A stretch of DNA of 64,000 nt from Iphione sp. A-MEVVRFRX5 (GCA_976226885.1 OZ320314.1:6882001-6946000); one strand, 5' to 3'. Positions 12,751 to 26,539 are shown, counted from the first letter of the stretch. The notes: generated from the sequence alone by a model not told the origin. A program made the numbers and translations.

Positions 12751-13697
12751 CTCTCACTTCCTCTCTGACCTGCTTCCACCCACTTCTGAAATATGCTCCT
12801 TGCACAATTCTGGAATTGCACAGCATTTATGTATGGCACAGGTGGAGAAGTCCAGAATCGTTGTTCCTATGTGGAATTGCTTGAAACTTTGATGTTGTGA
12901 GCACAGGATGCTGAGGTCAGTTCTTGATCTAATGTGCTGCCAGTAATACCCAATGAATAGTCTGCTTTAGACCCCTGAACATGAGTGTAAATTGACATAA
13001 TGGAGCTAGATCTTGCCTTGGTCTTATCAGCCAAGGCGAAAGAAAGCTACAGATCCTTACAATGTCGTCCAAAAGAAAGAGTCCCACATGTGTTTCATTC
13101 GAAAGTGTATTTAACGTGAAAGAGTTTACATGGCTTTTATAACACATGATCTTATCTAAATGAAGAGTAGGAAATAATTAGGCCTACCAAAACATCTCTT
13201 CTTTCTAGTAGCAGCCAGAAAAGATTAAGGGTGAGTAGGTAGGTTGGTTTTATTCCCTATCCACAAACATAGTAACAAAGCTAAATAGTACAAAGTTCAA
13301 GACCCAAGTCCGAAAGCACCACGTCTATATCCTAGATTTTCATGAAATGAACAACACATGAAAGTTTGGGCCTCAAGGAGGGAAATAATCTAATGTATAA
13401 CACTTAACCTTTAGTCATTCTCAAGATGAACGATCGAGGAAATTCCTTTACAATGGACAGATAACCAAAGTGTTACCCACAGTGTTACTACAATTATGCA
13501 TATCATTTATTCAAACAATGTATGGAAATATTGCAACCTTATTGCTGGGTTTCCTATTATAATGTCACAAATGGCAAAACATTGTAGTAATGGTGTCTGG
13601 CGATTCGTTTATTCACCAGATGGCACCACAAACTAGATGACACAGCACTGAGGCTTTGTTGACACAATAGAGATCACTGCTTAGTCGACTATGTTGG

Positions 13698-14091
13698 TGT
13701 AGCACAAAAGCAACACCACGAGTCAGGTTCGATTCAGCCTTTATTCTTCAACTCAGCTTCGCGGTACAGGAACAACCATCAGCAGCAGCAACCCGGGCGA
13801 GTCCGACTAACTCCTTGGACCGCCAACCTTATGTACCGGATGGACTAGATACGGTCGTCCATCAGATGCCAAACATATCTTGTTCAGACAAAGCGTCATT
13901 AAAGTTTTACCCTCTTGACATCAGTAACACCTCATGTCCAGGGTAGCAGAGAGGCATTATCTTACACCCTATCTTATTACTGCGCCGGAACACCGTGTGA
14001 ACTACGTTGACTTTAACGACAAGGTTCTGGTTACTGATAAGTGAAGAATTGCGAAGTGTACGAAAGACAGACTACATCCTACGTAACTACA
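13698..14091 (-). mobile_element. Solo-LTR-like repeat (TGTAG...CTACA); partial copies 39470-39656 and 43383-43545
   Basis: TG..CA ends with a 5-bp inverted terminus. Minus-strand AATAAA in all copies, and TATATAA upstream of it in the two partial copies. No TSD found. Confidence 0.55.
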
Positions 14092-14575
14092 GGTGAAAAT
14101 TTTCTCAGCACGTATCAACATACTTCGCACAAGGCTTTACTTATGATTCGTCTATCTATACACTGTACATTCATTGTATTTATTTTACAAATATACATTC
14201 TTCACAATACAATGTAAAACTCCCTTTTACTTATCCACTCTTTTAAAGGAACACAGGAGACGTCCTAATACATCTTCATCATACATAACTGTGTTACATT
14301 GGCATGACTTTTCAGTTCTCCTGCCTACAGGAATTAAGCTAGGATCAGGAAGTTTTTACAGAATATACCTAACATATGTATCTATGTGTGTACCAAATTG
14401 AAAGAGAATCTATCAAGGGATCACTGAGATAGCTGTTCAAAGTTTTGAAAGCAGGGAGGTGCCAGCCATTTTGCTTTTGGATATTTTTGTACTACTGTAT
14501 TATAACACCACAATAAGTAAAATATCCATCTGCAGTAGCTGTTTCATCAACCTCTTGTAGACCAGTCAATTAATA

Positions 14576-14914
14576 GGTGGGGAGTTAGCTGATTGAGAGG
14601 TCGCGGGTTCAATCCTGGGCTTGGAAATCCTGATCATGATCAGACAGATTTACTATAGCCTCAACCAGGAGTGGTCCACAACTCGTAAAAAGGCTATGGG
14701 TGTATATGATTCTGTCCCCTATGCACAAAAAGATCCCAGAAACCTATTCAAAATAAGAGTAGGTAACAACCCCAGGTATTCTGGTCTTTCAATTCTCAAT
14801 ACATGTAATAGATGGTATTATGCTACCGGTACCCCAAGAGGATATGGAAGAGCCCTGTCATATGATAGGTGTGTATTTGGTTCCTGGTAAAAGATACAAT
14901 AAAATTAAATGAAA
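14576..14914 (+). mobile_element. SINE copy with deletion in the tRNA head
   Basis: Collinear with 32845-33214. Retains B box GGTTCAATCC but lacks part of the A-box region. Confidence 0.85.
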
Positions 14915-17513
14915 AGAATATGATGTTCTACTGGGACTAAAAGGTTACCAGAAACAGATATATTTATGCCCTGTAAAGACAAAGTACACACGGGTCAGTG
15001 AGTTTTTCAAAACAGTTTTCTAGGAAGTGAAATTGTTCTCTCTGTCCAGGTGCATAAAGTTTTTCCTAGCCACCTATAAGTATCAAAAGTGGCAATATCA
15101 TTAAGCTCGGCAGTGTTGACGGTAGACCGTGCGTCACCACTGGTTAGCAGCGGGATAGTCTGCGTCGTGTCTCCGTCAGCCTCATCGTCCCCGCACGGTC
15201 TCTCCCCGTCTATGTCGGAGGTACTTAAGGACTGTCACTCTGCAAGGAGATAAGGAAATCATATCATCAGAAGTCTGACTGGTGGTGTTTTTTGTTCTGA
15301 AATGGTTTTTTTTTAGTTCACACCGATCGAATCAGCTGTGTGATTAAAATCTTTAGAGCAATGCAGACATAAATATCTTAGGATACTAAACTCACGAACC
15401 GTGCGTGTCGGTGTATTTGACACCGAGACGTAATTTTGGTCGGGGGTCGACCTACATCCACCTCAACGAGCGACGCCATCACCAGTTCCGAGTACCACCT
15501 GTGCTGGAGTTATATTCAAAATCTCAAACCTCTCCATCGTTTCCAACCGACGGACTCTCAGTGGTGAAAGAGGTGAGTAATTCTATTTTACATTCGCTGA
15601 AAAGGTGGCGAGTTGGGAGCAGGCAGAACATGACAGACAGGACATAGCGACTAGTACACAGGACATGCGTACCACACGACCCCCCGGGCGGTGAGCTACG
15701 TATATCGACTTTACGTTCAGTTTCCAACCGAGACGATGCTTTCATGTATTAAACCTAGAGGCAGCATTGACTACAGCAGTTATAGTGGGCAATGTGATAT
15801 ACATACGAACTAAGAGATGCTACAGGACAGTCAGGACATGTTGACTACGAGACAGGACATGCTGACTGGCGAACAGGGACAGGGTAAACACAGGACATGG
15901 TGACCAGCGGACATGGCGACTATGAATCTAGACTTTGATTCAGACAGACAGGCCCAAAAAAATCATGGGGGGGGGGGGGAATGGGACATATGATAACAAG
16001 GTAACTGTCAAACCGATAGACTGTCAACCAGGTCGAAGCATTAGGACCAATAAACTTACTTCAGGGTTCAGAACCCAGCAATCTTTGTCAAAGTTTGTGG
16101 GGGTTATCTGAAGAGGTGGAAGATATATTTTCTCATATTTCCTCATTTTTCATCAGTAAACATGACGGATATATGGCAGCTGGCTGTTATACAGTTTAAG
16201 GGTTATCATACAATCAGGACAAGAGTTACAGATACAGCTAGCCTACGTAGAGAGCTAAGTTCATAATGTGATATGGGGTGATCGTGGGTGTAAGTCAATA
16301 GGCACAGCATATACAGATATGTAGATCCTGACTGTAGTAAGCAGGGAATGCACATAATATTGCCCAGCAGGCACACCACGTGGTGGCCACGTGGTCCCAT
16401 GGTTGCCCTGCCACGTGGCCGTCAGGTGGCCAAAAGGTGGTATTTGCAACAAGGTTTTGGTGGTGGCCACGTGGCAATGCCACATGGTGGCCACGTGGTG
16501 TCAACGTGGTACCACGTGGTGGCTACGTGGCACTCCCACGTCACAGCCACGTGGCATTGACATGTCATTGCCACATGGCATTGCCACGTTGTGGCCACGT
16601 GTAACACCCACGTGGCCATAACCAGATCCTTGTTGCAAATACCACCTTTTGACCACCTGATGGCCACTTGGCAGGGCAACCATGGGACAACTTGGCCATT
16701 ACACGGTATGCTTGTTCCTGCTGTAGTTAAGGGCAGAGTTTCCTTGGTGATATTCTTCAATGTTCATCAAAGTATTATGGCTAAAGGGCAAATATTGAAG
16801 TTGCTGTCTAGAGGTAAATTGTTTAAGTTACTATTTGTCCATTATTCAACAACCAACAAATTATTTTGAAAAAGCTGTTAATTCATATTTTAGGTCTGAA
16901 ATTCTAAACTTAAATATAAGATAAACTGCTTCCTTCAGATTCTCCACTATCAATTTCCTATGCCTAAATATTTTTTGAAAAGATGGTCCTTCATCTAATC
17001 TAAGCACTCTATTGTTAACTTCTCCCAGTAAGACAACAAAACAAAGAGAAATAATATTTCGGATAAATCCTTTATATCTGAACTTGGCTTCACACACAAG
17101 AGAAGGCCTTGGACCACACACAATGTCAAATAATTGTGATGTACATTGACTTCAGTGAAGAGATACACAGGAATTATATACCTGGAACATACAAAACAGT
17201 TACGCAAGATAATACATTTATAAGGCATCAAAGGGGGCATGGGAGGTCATCAGGCAGGTTGTCCTGTAATCCAAATGTGCAGGGGACACTCAGCCATATA
17301 TGCATGCCTCAGAATGGGAGGTCAACTGACACAACATAGATATATATAGACAGTGGACTGGTGGTGACCTCTGTGATGGCATTGATGCATTACCACCTTC
17401 ATCTGCATCTTATTTCTTCAAAAAGATGAGAGCTTATAGTTCCATGTTCTCATCTCCTCCACTTCCTATTGCCTGTCTTGTACTTGGCTTCTTCTTTCCT
17501 GATGAGCCACCTT

Positions 17514-18048
17514 TTAGGGAGCATGTTTTAGATATTCTCCCATTGCTGTAGCAACCTGTGTTTTTGTGGTCTCCAGATGTTTTGCTAACGCTGTGTCTGA
17601 AGTAAAAAAACAAATCAAATATTCATGAGACATCCAGAAGTTGTCTTCCACAAGCAATTTTATCAATGATCTTTTTATTGTGCTTTGCTGTGTTTAGAAA
17701 ATCTGAGTGGCAAGCATGAACAGTGTTGATACTTTAATGATAAATCAATGCATATAAATATGTGAAAAGTATTAGAAACTCCAGAGTTTCTCAAATGAAT
17801 AGCAAAAAATCATTTCTAGTGAAGATACATAGCTATAAAATAACTTATTGAACTGACAATTCCACTCTTTAGTCACGATCAATATACATATATAAAGTTA
17901 AAGAGAAATATACCAATTTATTATGTTAAAAAAATTGTTTAACCCACCTCTGATAACTGTGTACAATCTTGTCTGCTTGAAGGCACACTTTGAACTTGGC
18001 CCACTGCCATTAATATTGAATGCTGCCATCAGCTGGATTGACATGGTC
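17514..18048 (-). pseudogene. Two spliced exons of a DUF4806-like accessory gene inside the EnSpm-like element
   Basis: Exons 18048-17948 and 17596-17514 (GT-AG) join in phase to TMSIQLMAAFNINGSGPSSKCAFKQTRLYTVIRDTALAKHLETTKTQVATAMGEYLKHAP*. This resembles the recalled DUF4806 pattern; not verified by search. Confidence 0.55.
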
Positions 18049-18138
18049 CTGTAAGGATATTCATTGGGCATAATTTTCAGTTCTTTTGGAATTCTTTGGT
18101 AATATTTGATTCCTTTTTATTAGGGTTTATCATTGATG

Positions 18139-18519
18139 TACTACATATAAAACAGGCCCTATCCTACACTGGGGAGTTAGACTAACTAACACATGTACTC
18201 CACATAAAATACTTAGACACATTTTTGAAAGGTAGGGTTACAGGTAGTAATATATATGGGGTAGTACTACATATAAAACAGGCCTTATCCTACACTGGGG
18301 AGTTAGACTGACTAACACATGTACACCACATAAAATACTTAGACACATTTTTGAAAGGTAAGATTACAGGTAGTAATATATATGGGGTAGTACTACATAT
18401 AAAACAGACCGTATCCTACATGGGAGAGTTAGACTGACTAACACATGTACATCACATAAAGTATCTAGACACATTTTTGAAAGGTAGGATTACAGGTAGT
18501 AATATAAATGTGGTAGTAC
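18139..18519. repeat. 126-bp tandem repeat x3 inside the EnSpm-like element
   Basis: tactacatataaaacag at 18139, 18265 and 18391. Confidence 0.95.
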
Positions 18520-20199
18520 CCCCTATCATGTCCATGATAGTTTGTCACACACTTACTGTCATTATGGGTTCTCCGGTTGACAGTCACTGCTGTACCAACT
18601 TTCACAACGTTGTTAGACCTCCCTATATGACTTGGGGAGCTTGTACACTCACATTTTCGATGACTTGATGCTCCTACGGCGAGTACATTACACTGCAGCT
18701 GTCGGACATTTCTATGATGATGTCGGCGAGTTTTAACACATTCTACAGCTGTCACACACACTTGTAAGGAGAAATCATTACTGTTAGACCCTTTTCCATC
18801 ACCCTACAACCTTCCAGAGTGACAACAGGTGCTTGTATACACCCATTTTTGGCGATACGGTGATCCGATGCGATGTAAACACAATGGCGGCCGTTGGGCA
18901 TTTCTACAACGTTTTTGGCGACTTTCAACAACTTTCCTGGTCTTTCACACACTTGAGGTGATAAATAATCACTGCCAAACCTCTTCTTAACGTTAGAGAT
19001 GCTTCCTTGATGACTGGAGAAGGCAAATAACACAGAATTCCTTGGCCGATTTGACAGCTTTTGAGGCCTTCTAATGAGTGGCCGCACCTCCTGGGCCGCT
19101 CAGTCCATTTCCCTGCTGTACCCATGCTATGTTTCCCGCCAAAACGGCGACCACAGCGTCCTCCTGGGCTGCTCCAGCTGCTACCCACGCTCTATTTCGC
19201 GCCAAAGCGCCGATATGATGCTACTGAAGGGTCCTGAGGGATTTGAGCCTCTCTGACTGACTTGGCACAGCTCTGATGTCTTAAAAAATAAATTCTCCAA
19301 ACACAAATCGAAGTAATTTCTGGTAACACACTCTGAGTGTCTCACCTGAAATACTCCAAACAGGCAGAAAACGTTCTCTCTGTGTCCTCAAGACAGTCAC
19401 AATGATCTAATGGTAGCCTGAATGATCCTACACTGTTCTTTGCACTACAACCGCAAAATCCATGCTACAACCATGATTTTGATGCTAGAGTATCAATCCT
19501 AGCCTCTAGGTTGGGACGTGGCTGGGACGTGGTAACCACGTTGCACTGGTTCTGCCACCAGACAACTGAATGGCCACCCTGATACAACGTGGTAGCCACG
19601 TGGTGTGCCTGCTGGGTGGTAGGGATACAGTCATATTCATTCGTCTGTTGGAGTACCAGTGGGGTACAATCTAGCTTATCCAGAACACTACAAAGAAATA
19701 TCAACTCTGCTGTCCGTGTGCATTCACCTTCTAACAGAGTGAGTTTTTGGTCTGCTTTAAAATATCAAACATTTCACACATTGATAAGTAGGATGTACTA
19801 TTAAGAGTGTCACAGTTGAGTCAAATTGACGGGGTTATGTACAGTAGGCAACCATAATCAAATGAAGTGATGTAACTAAGGCGAGCAAGAGAGTCATTTT
19901 GCTGCCTATCATGTTACAACAATAGATCCAGAATGTTCTCAATTTGCTCCCTGGCTGTTGTTGGTCAGTTAACCCATTGGAGAAAATAAAGAACACAGAT
20001 TTAACTTTTTAATTTCAAACCCAAATATGCTGGAGTAGTATGGTTGATGTTGTTCTTCATCTAGCCAGTGAATGGTGGGATGGGTGCGACTCAAAGTCTG
20101 GGCAAGGGAGTATGATGGGGGGAGTGGGAGGTAGAGGTTTGGGACTTGGCCCCTGGGTAGAGATCAGATGCTCTAGGTCCCCACAGGAGGGATGATTAC

Positions 20200-21160
20200 T
20201 TGGTTGAGTGCCAAGGCTCTAGTTGTCATTATTTGCATACTGTGATTGTACCATCTGTGTTGAAGTTCCAAGGTTTTGTGGTGTAGGGGAATAGTTTGTT
20301 ATTCCATTTTAAGCAATCTGGGAGGGAGTTCCACATGGACACATCCCAATAACTCAGAGAACGGGAGAATCTTGAGCTTTTAGGCTTTTGTTGGATACCT
20401 AGAAGGGCAGAGCCTGCTCTGATCTTGGAGTTCATGGCCCTTCCTATGAAGCCAAGATTGAAGACCTTGCACATGAGCAGTATACCTCTTTGTAGGACTA
20501 GGTCCTTCACTCTGGGTAAGCTGAAGCGTTCTTTCAGAAGACATGCCAGGATGAAGTCCCCAGATTGGAGTGCCACACATTTACTCAAATGGATTTGAAG
20601 GTTAACAATCTCCAGAGACACTGAAAAGTGTGATTGCTTGGTAGTCTAAGTGGGTGAGTACCAGTGACTTAAACAGTGTGACATGAGCTGACGTTTGGAG
20701 GTAGCTCTTCCTTCTGCCCACCTAGAGGGAGGTGGACCAAAGTTTGGCTTTCAGTCTTTTTATACTGGCTTTCATTTTCGAATGTCCATCAAGAAGATAG
20801 CCGAGGAAAAGCATCAATGTTTCCATTTTTAGTGTAGTGATGTTCAATTGAAGGTTGAGTAGGAACATTTGCCCTGAACAAATGGCAGATAGATGCATTT
20901 CTCTTCACTCAGCACAAAGCCTTCCTTATGACATCTGTCAGAGATTAATGAGAGAACTTGGGATGACATAGCGCAGAGTTGCATTAAAGCTCTTGCTGGA
21001 ACAAGGACAGTTAAGTCGTCGGCATGGAGTGTGGCATGGCAGCATTGGGGGATCGAGGTACTTGACTATGCCAGACACGACCAGATTTAAAGCACTGGGC
21101 TCAATTACAGAGCCCTCTGGAAGGACATCCTAGTATTAAACCAGAATAAGATTTCAAAAA
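20200..21160 (-). mobile_element. Older, fragmentary CR1/L2-group LINE RT
   Basis: Fragments DVLPEGSVIEP (GVPQGSVLGP-like), LHADDLTVLV and the C-terminus KPKSSRFSRSLSYWDVSMWNSLP, similar to the 24134 element C-terminus. Confidence 0.75.
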
Positions 21161-22728
21161 TGTAAAGGTTTTTGTCTGGCACACTAAAGGAAGTAAGTAT
21201 AGATAGACTTAGATTCTGTCTTTCATCGACTATTTCCAGAGGAGCACTACCCAGGGCATTTCTTGCTTCTGAAAAGAACTTCTCATGATCCATTAACCAG
21301 TAATTTTCCCAGCAAACCACTTGAATAGGTACATATATTTACTCAAATTAAAAATAAACACAATTTTTATATATAATCCTACCCTTACCATCAGACCTTT
21401 GGAATAGTTTTTTCAATAGCCATTTAGATTTTCCTATGCATTGATGTGTTGATGTATGAATACACAAAGCAACACACAGCATAGCAATGTAAATGATTAC
21501 GATATGATTTTGCTTTAAATCACTGAATAGGTCGTACCAAGAATATTACGGAAAAGACATATTTTTGGAGAAGAACTAGCCTTTAAAATTCAAATATTGT
21601 TTCTTAAACAGTACAGATAACTAGATTCTTCTAAAGTTTTGTCTTGTTTTTGCCGGAAACAAGATTTATGTAATGGGGCTGAATCTCCATACAATAATGA
21701 CATCAATGTCTGTCATTTTTATGCACAAATATTAGGAGATATTCACTGTAATACCACCAATCATGTTATATGAAAGCGATCCAGTTAGAAGAATATGTCT
21801 ACATTTCTTTGAGTTATTCCCCTCTCCTGTACATGCAGATAATATATTTTAGGCATTGAAGTGTATTACAAAGAACTTTATATGTCATTTTGTTAAAAGG
21901 ATACCATTATATACATTGACCATTAAATTATGGTAACATATTAAGGACTACGAGCATGCAGTGGCAGTCCAAGCATGGGAAGAAGTTATGCTGTACCTTT
22001 ACCACATGATGCTGTAGGTGGAGTGCAGTACTGCAAAACAGGTTTCCATACTAGCAACTGTAAATGTGATGGTAGAATAATTCCATGCTAATTTAGTGAA
22101 AATTATTGTTAAACCTATCTTTTTGCTCCATTCTTGATGAATCATTTCAGTATTTCCACTCCAAAACCAGATGTCTCTGAAGTTTTAGTGCAAGGACACG
22201 CCCGAACTGATCCATAGAGCATGCACTTAAGATTAATACTTTCTTGACTTCCTGTTTGGGAGAAGATGATGATCTATGCAAAATCCTTTTAAATTTATTT
22301 ACTAGGAAATATACATCAAAATGGCTCCAACTTATGCCTAAAATGCATGTATATGCTTAATTTAAGTCATCCTATTCAATATTTTGCTGGAAACAAGCCA
22401 TTTTCATTATGATTCTTTGATGACAAAGTAATTTGGCAAAGTTCCCCCATTTAGAATGCAAATAACCTTATGTCAAACTAGTGCTGTACAAGGTATATGA
22501 TTGGAATGGTGCAAGCATGTAGCATTGTGGTGAGTATACCACTTGAGCAGGGAATAATGTGCCTTTATTATGGCCTCATATCTGAATTCACAGTATTACT
22601 GTGAAATCATTGTTTACAGTGTCATGCATCAGCTAAATAACAGACTTCAGGACATGACAACCATCGTTACACTACACTCTGAACAGATAGCATAAAGACG
22701 AACGAGTCAGACAAGGAGGGAGGAAATG

Positions 22729-22862
22729 NNNNNNNNNNNNNNNNNNNNNNNNNNNNNNNNNNNNNNNNNNNNNNNNNNNNNNNNNNNNNNNNNNNNNNNN
22801 NNNNNNNNNNNNNNNNNNNNNNNNNNNNNNNNNNNNNNNNNNNNNNNNNNNNNNNNNNNNNN
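22729..22862. other. Assembly gap (134 N)
   Basis: Run of N. Confidence 1.
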
Positions 22863-23259
22863 NGAGGTTACAGTGTGTGTCTGTTTGTGTATGTAAGTGT
22901 GTGCATCAGCTACTGCTGGATGGTTAGGGCTACAACTGTTGATCTGTGATTTCAACCCATCATCTATTGGGGCACCTGGGTCATGAAGAACTAAGAATGT
23001 ACTATTTAGTAGCAACATAATATAAAAGTATATATACATATGAGAATATATTTTTTTTTTTTTTTTTTTTTGTGGGGAGAGGATCTAGCCACGTCTCACC
23101 GTACACATATGAGAATATATGTATACATATGTACATGTGAATGTCATAATGCAGCCAACCTTTCATACTTCGCCCAAGTAGTCACATTAGTGGTTTTAGT
23201 AGCATTACAATCTGAGCTTATACTAAATGACAATAAAGTATTGAATACATATCACAGGA

Positions 23260-23261
<2 letters not shown>

Positions 23262-23292
<31 letters not shown>

Positions 23293-26200
23293 GTTTTTAT
23301 TAACCAAATCTCCGCATACAGACGCAAAGTTCTCCTTGGTTAATGAAGAGAAAAGAAAAAGAAATGCACACACAGGTCACATAACATGGACAACACATTT
23401 ACAAGGATCAGACAGATATACAAACGACAGCAATTAGATCCAATGGCACCTAGCAGTACAGCACAATGGTAAATTGCTCATACACAACATGCAAGTGCGA
23501 CAGGCAGAATAAAAAGAGAGGCGGCTTTAGTGTGATACACTGCAGATACATGCAACACAGCTGTGAAGTACATTACACTTAGCAGTAGTAGTAGTACAGG
23601 TGCAGTACACATACAAACTAAGAGGCAGAAAAATTTGACATACCATACAAACACACACAGCAGTGATATACAGACAAGGCAAACATGCAGGAGCATTATT
23701 AGCGCATAGGTATTGGCGGATAAGTCAGGTCATAGGAGTGACTGTGAAATATGATACATGCTAGTGCCAACATGCTATGATACGAAGTAGACCCCCCCCC
23801 CCCCGCAAGCCAGCAGCATTGCACATCCCAAAGTATCCTAGGCAACCAGTAAAGTCCATACCAGCAACATCGCTGAAACGGACACTCACACCGTATGCCC
23901 AAGTCGACCTTACCGCAAGCCGCCTAACCTATATCCCTAAAGTCAGATGATCTAAACATCAATCAGCTGGATACACCACTCACAACACTACCCCCCATAG
24001 TGTGAGTCCCCCCCCCCCCCACCTGGGAGTGCCTCCGAGCACAGGGTCACAGATAGGGGTATCAGACCCCTAATACTACCCATTTCCTTTGAGCACTGTT
24101 CTGGAATACATAGGCTGAGAGGAACAGAGCTTGTTAACTCCTCGGGACAAACCCTCGGAGGTTAGCCTTGGCTCTATGTCTTACTACCTTGGGCAGGGTG
24201 TTCCACACCGACGCTGCACCGAAGCGCAGTGAGCGCATGTACTTACGGCTTTTTTCCTTTGGTACAAATATCCGAAGGCCAGACCCCTCTCTCGTCTTTG
24301 ACCTTTTAGCTATGGGCAACAAACCCAGGTGAGCCTGGTTGTGGATGGCTTTCAGCGCTCTCTGTTCCACAAGCACAGTAATCCTGGCAATCCCATATCG
24401 TTCAGCTAGCATCCTAGCAGTTTGGTACTTGCTACCTTGGACCGCCACACGGATACAACGGTTGAGGTGCACTTGTAACCGATTAAGTACACCACTCGTG
24501 CAGGGGTAGAGGATAGCAGCAACATAGTACAGATGAGGCATGACCAGGGCTTTAAAGAGACAAGCTCTAAGCTGCAGTGGGAACAGTGTTTTTACACGAC
24601 CAAGTTTCAAAGAAGCGTTCCACATTCTGCCTTTCACCTGTGCTATTAGATCTTTGAACTGTAGTTTAGCTTCCATCAAGAACCCAAGTAGATTCAGCTT
24701 AGTCTCCAACTTGAGTGGGGTGTTACCGATTGACAAGTCAAGGGACAAATGCGAGGCATTGCCCATGACCATGTATCCACATTTCCCCACACTTAACAGC
24801 AGACCCACCTCGTTACACCACGAGACCACTTGGTCAATGGAGTACTGAGCATGTTGGCGAAGTCGCAGTAGATCAGGAGCCCGCACCACGATGCTGAGAT
24901 CGTCAGCGTACAATATTGGCTCGCTGACGTCTGGTAATCGACTTGCCACCTCATCAACCACCAGTGCGAAGGCACTCGGTCCGAAGACCGAGCCCTGTGG
25001 CACTCCATGCACCACTTGACGTAGGGAGGAGCACTCCCCCCCGCACCTCACATACTGCATCCTATTCACAAAATAGCTCGAGATCAGCTTCCTGAGTCTG
25101 CTCTAGGCCCCCGCTTCTTCCAGTCTCCGTAGCACTACCACCGATGGGACCAGGTCGAAGGCCTTTTTTAAATCAAAGGCCAAAACGCAGCAATACTGGC
25201 CAGAATTGAGCGCGTCTGAGATACGGTTGTTCAGGCACCCAATTGCAGTCTCTGTGCTGCGCCCCGCGCGAAAGCCATGCTGGGCACAACCGATGAAGCG
25301 TCTGTCTGATAACGTCTTCACCAGGTTGTCTACCATCCAAGACTCAAAAATCTTACCAGGCAAGGGTAAGATTGAGACTGAACGGTAGTTGCCCAACAGG
25401 TTACTGTCCCCTTTCTTAAATACTGGAGTCACGCGGGCGACCTTCCATCCATCCGGGTACAGTCCACTTTGGATGATCAGGTGGAACAGGTTGGCAAGGA
25501 ACCCAACATTCAATAGCAGAAGATGTTTGAGGATTGAGGTTGGGACCCCATCAATGCCCGAAGCTTTTCGAACATTCACCCTGGAGATGTACGGTCGTAA
25601 CTGGATTGGTGTCGGTGCAGGTAGGTCGAACAGGTCACGCCCAGCTGGTGTAACCCACTTGTGAGGCAGTCGATTATTGGCTAATCTATTTACCTCATCA
25701 ATAAAGTAGTTGTTGAATTGGTCTGGTAGCGAAACGCCAGCACCCTGTTGATCACCAACCTGCGACACATCCGGTAACACCGGTGCTGTCTTGGCGCGAC
25801 CCAAGGCGTCGTTCATGACGCCCCACAGTCTACCAGAGTCGTTTCCCGCACTCTTGATTTTACGGGCCCAGAAAAGTTTCCGAGCCAGCTTGGTAGCCTT
25901 TTTCACCTCCCCGTTGAGGAACTTAAAGATCCTCTTCGAGTCCTCACAGTTGTAGTACTTCCATTTGTGGAAGTAGTACCGTCGGTCAGCTATTAGCTCA
26001 ACTGTTCCGGGGTCGAGTGGAATCCTGTGCTCCTGCTGTTGTCATTTCAGAGTCACAGTTCTCCCTGCACTATCGAGACCCTGCTTGACCCTTTCGATGA
26101 ACCCATTCCATGCAGTGTTGGGATCATCTTGAACCACAGGAAAACCATCCTCCCAGAGCTTATCATTCAGATCATTCACATCCACATCACCAAACTTACG
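23262..26200 (-). mobile_element. 5'-truncated CR1/L2-group LINE with two in-frame stops
   Basis: One frame from about 26200 (RKFGDVDV..DDPNTAWNGF) to 24134, interrupted by TGA at 26042-26044 and TAG at 25103-25105. RT motifs QHGFRAGRSTETA, DLKKAFD, GVPQGSVFGP and YADD. About 830-bp 3' UTR, then AATAAA and an (ATT)n tail at 23262-23291. Confidence 0.92.
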
Positions 26201-26539
26201 AAGAATTTATTCCAACATCCATTTCAAATCATATTAAATGGAAAAAAAGCAATAAATACATGTCTCAAAACATATTGAAGCATGTATTCAAAAACATAAA
26301 TTGTCACATGGTCATAAATGATCACATATCAAATCAATCACCCTCTCACCTTAGACAGTGCTGTAGCAGAGATATGCCCACCATCCGCAAGTCCTCTAAC
26401 ACATGGTGAGAGTATGAGCTAAAAACAGACATTGAAGTTGATTGTTATTGCGTAATGTGGTGTCTAGACATTACGTAAAAGCAGTCACGTGGTTACTCTG
26501 GTAACCACTCCGGTAACTTTAATGGAGCATCCAATCAGG

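Larger units (their letters stand above)
16363..19616. mobile_element. CMC/EnSpm-like TIR DNA transposon derivative (3254 bp, probably non-autonomous)
   Basis: Perfect 21-bp TIR CCCAGCAGGCACACCACGTGG at both ends, flanked by a 2-bp TSD (TG at 16361-16362 and 19617-19618), with CACGTG-rich subterminal repeats. No transposase motifs recognised. Confidence 0.85.

Noticed and set aside
13696-13699. GGTG as TSD of the solo-LTR-like repeat
   Set aside because: It overlaps the terminal TG, which the 43383 copy shows is part of the element.
16206-16869. Cluster of overlapping 60-112 aa ORFs on both strands
   Set aside because: Artefact of the stop-poor CCACGTGG subterminal repeats.
22120-22330. Protein-like - strand stretch (QEVKKVLILSACSMDQFGRVLALKLQ)
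   Set aside because: Short, bounded by stops, no family recognised and no supporting exons.
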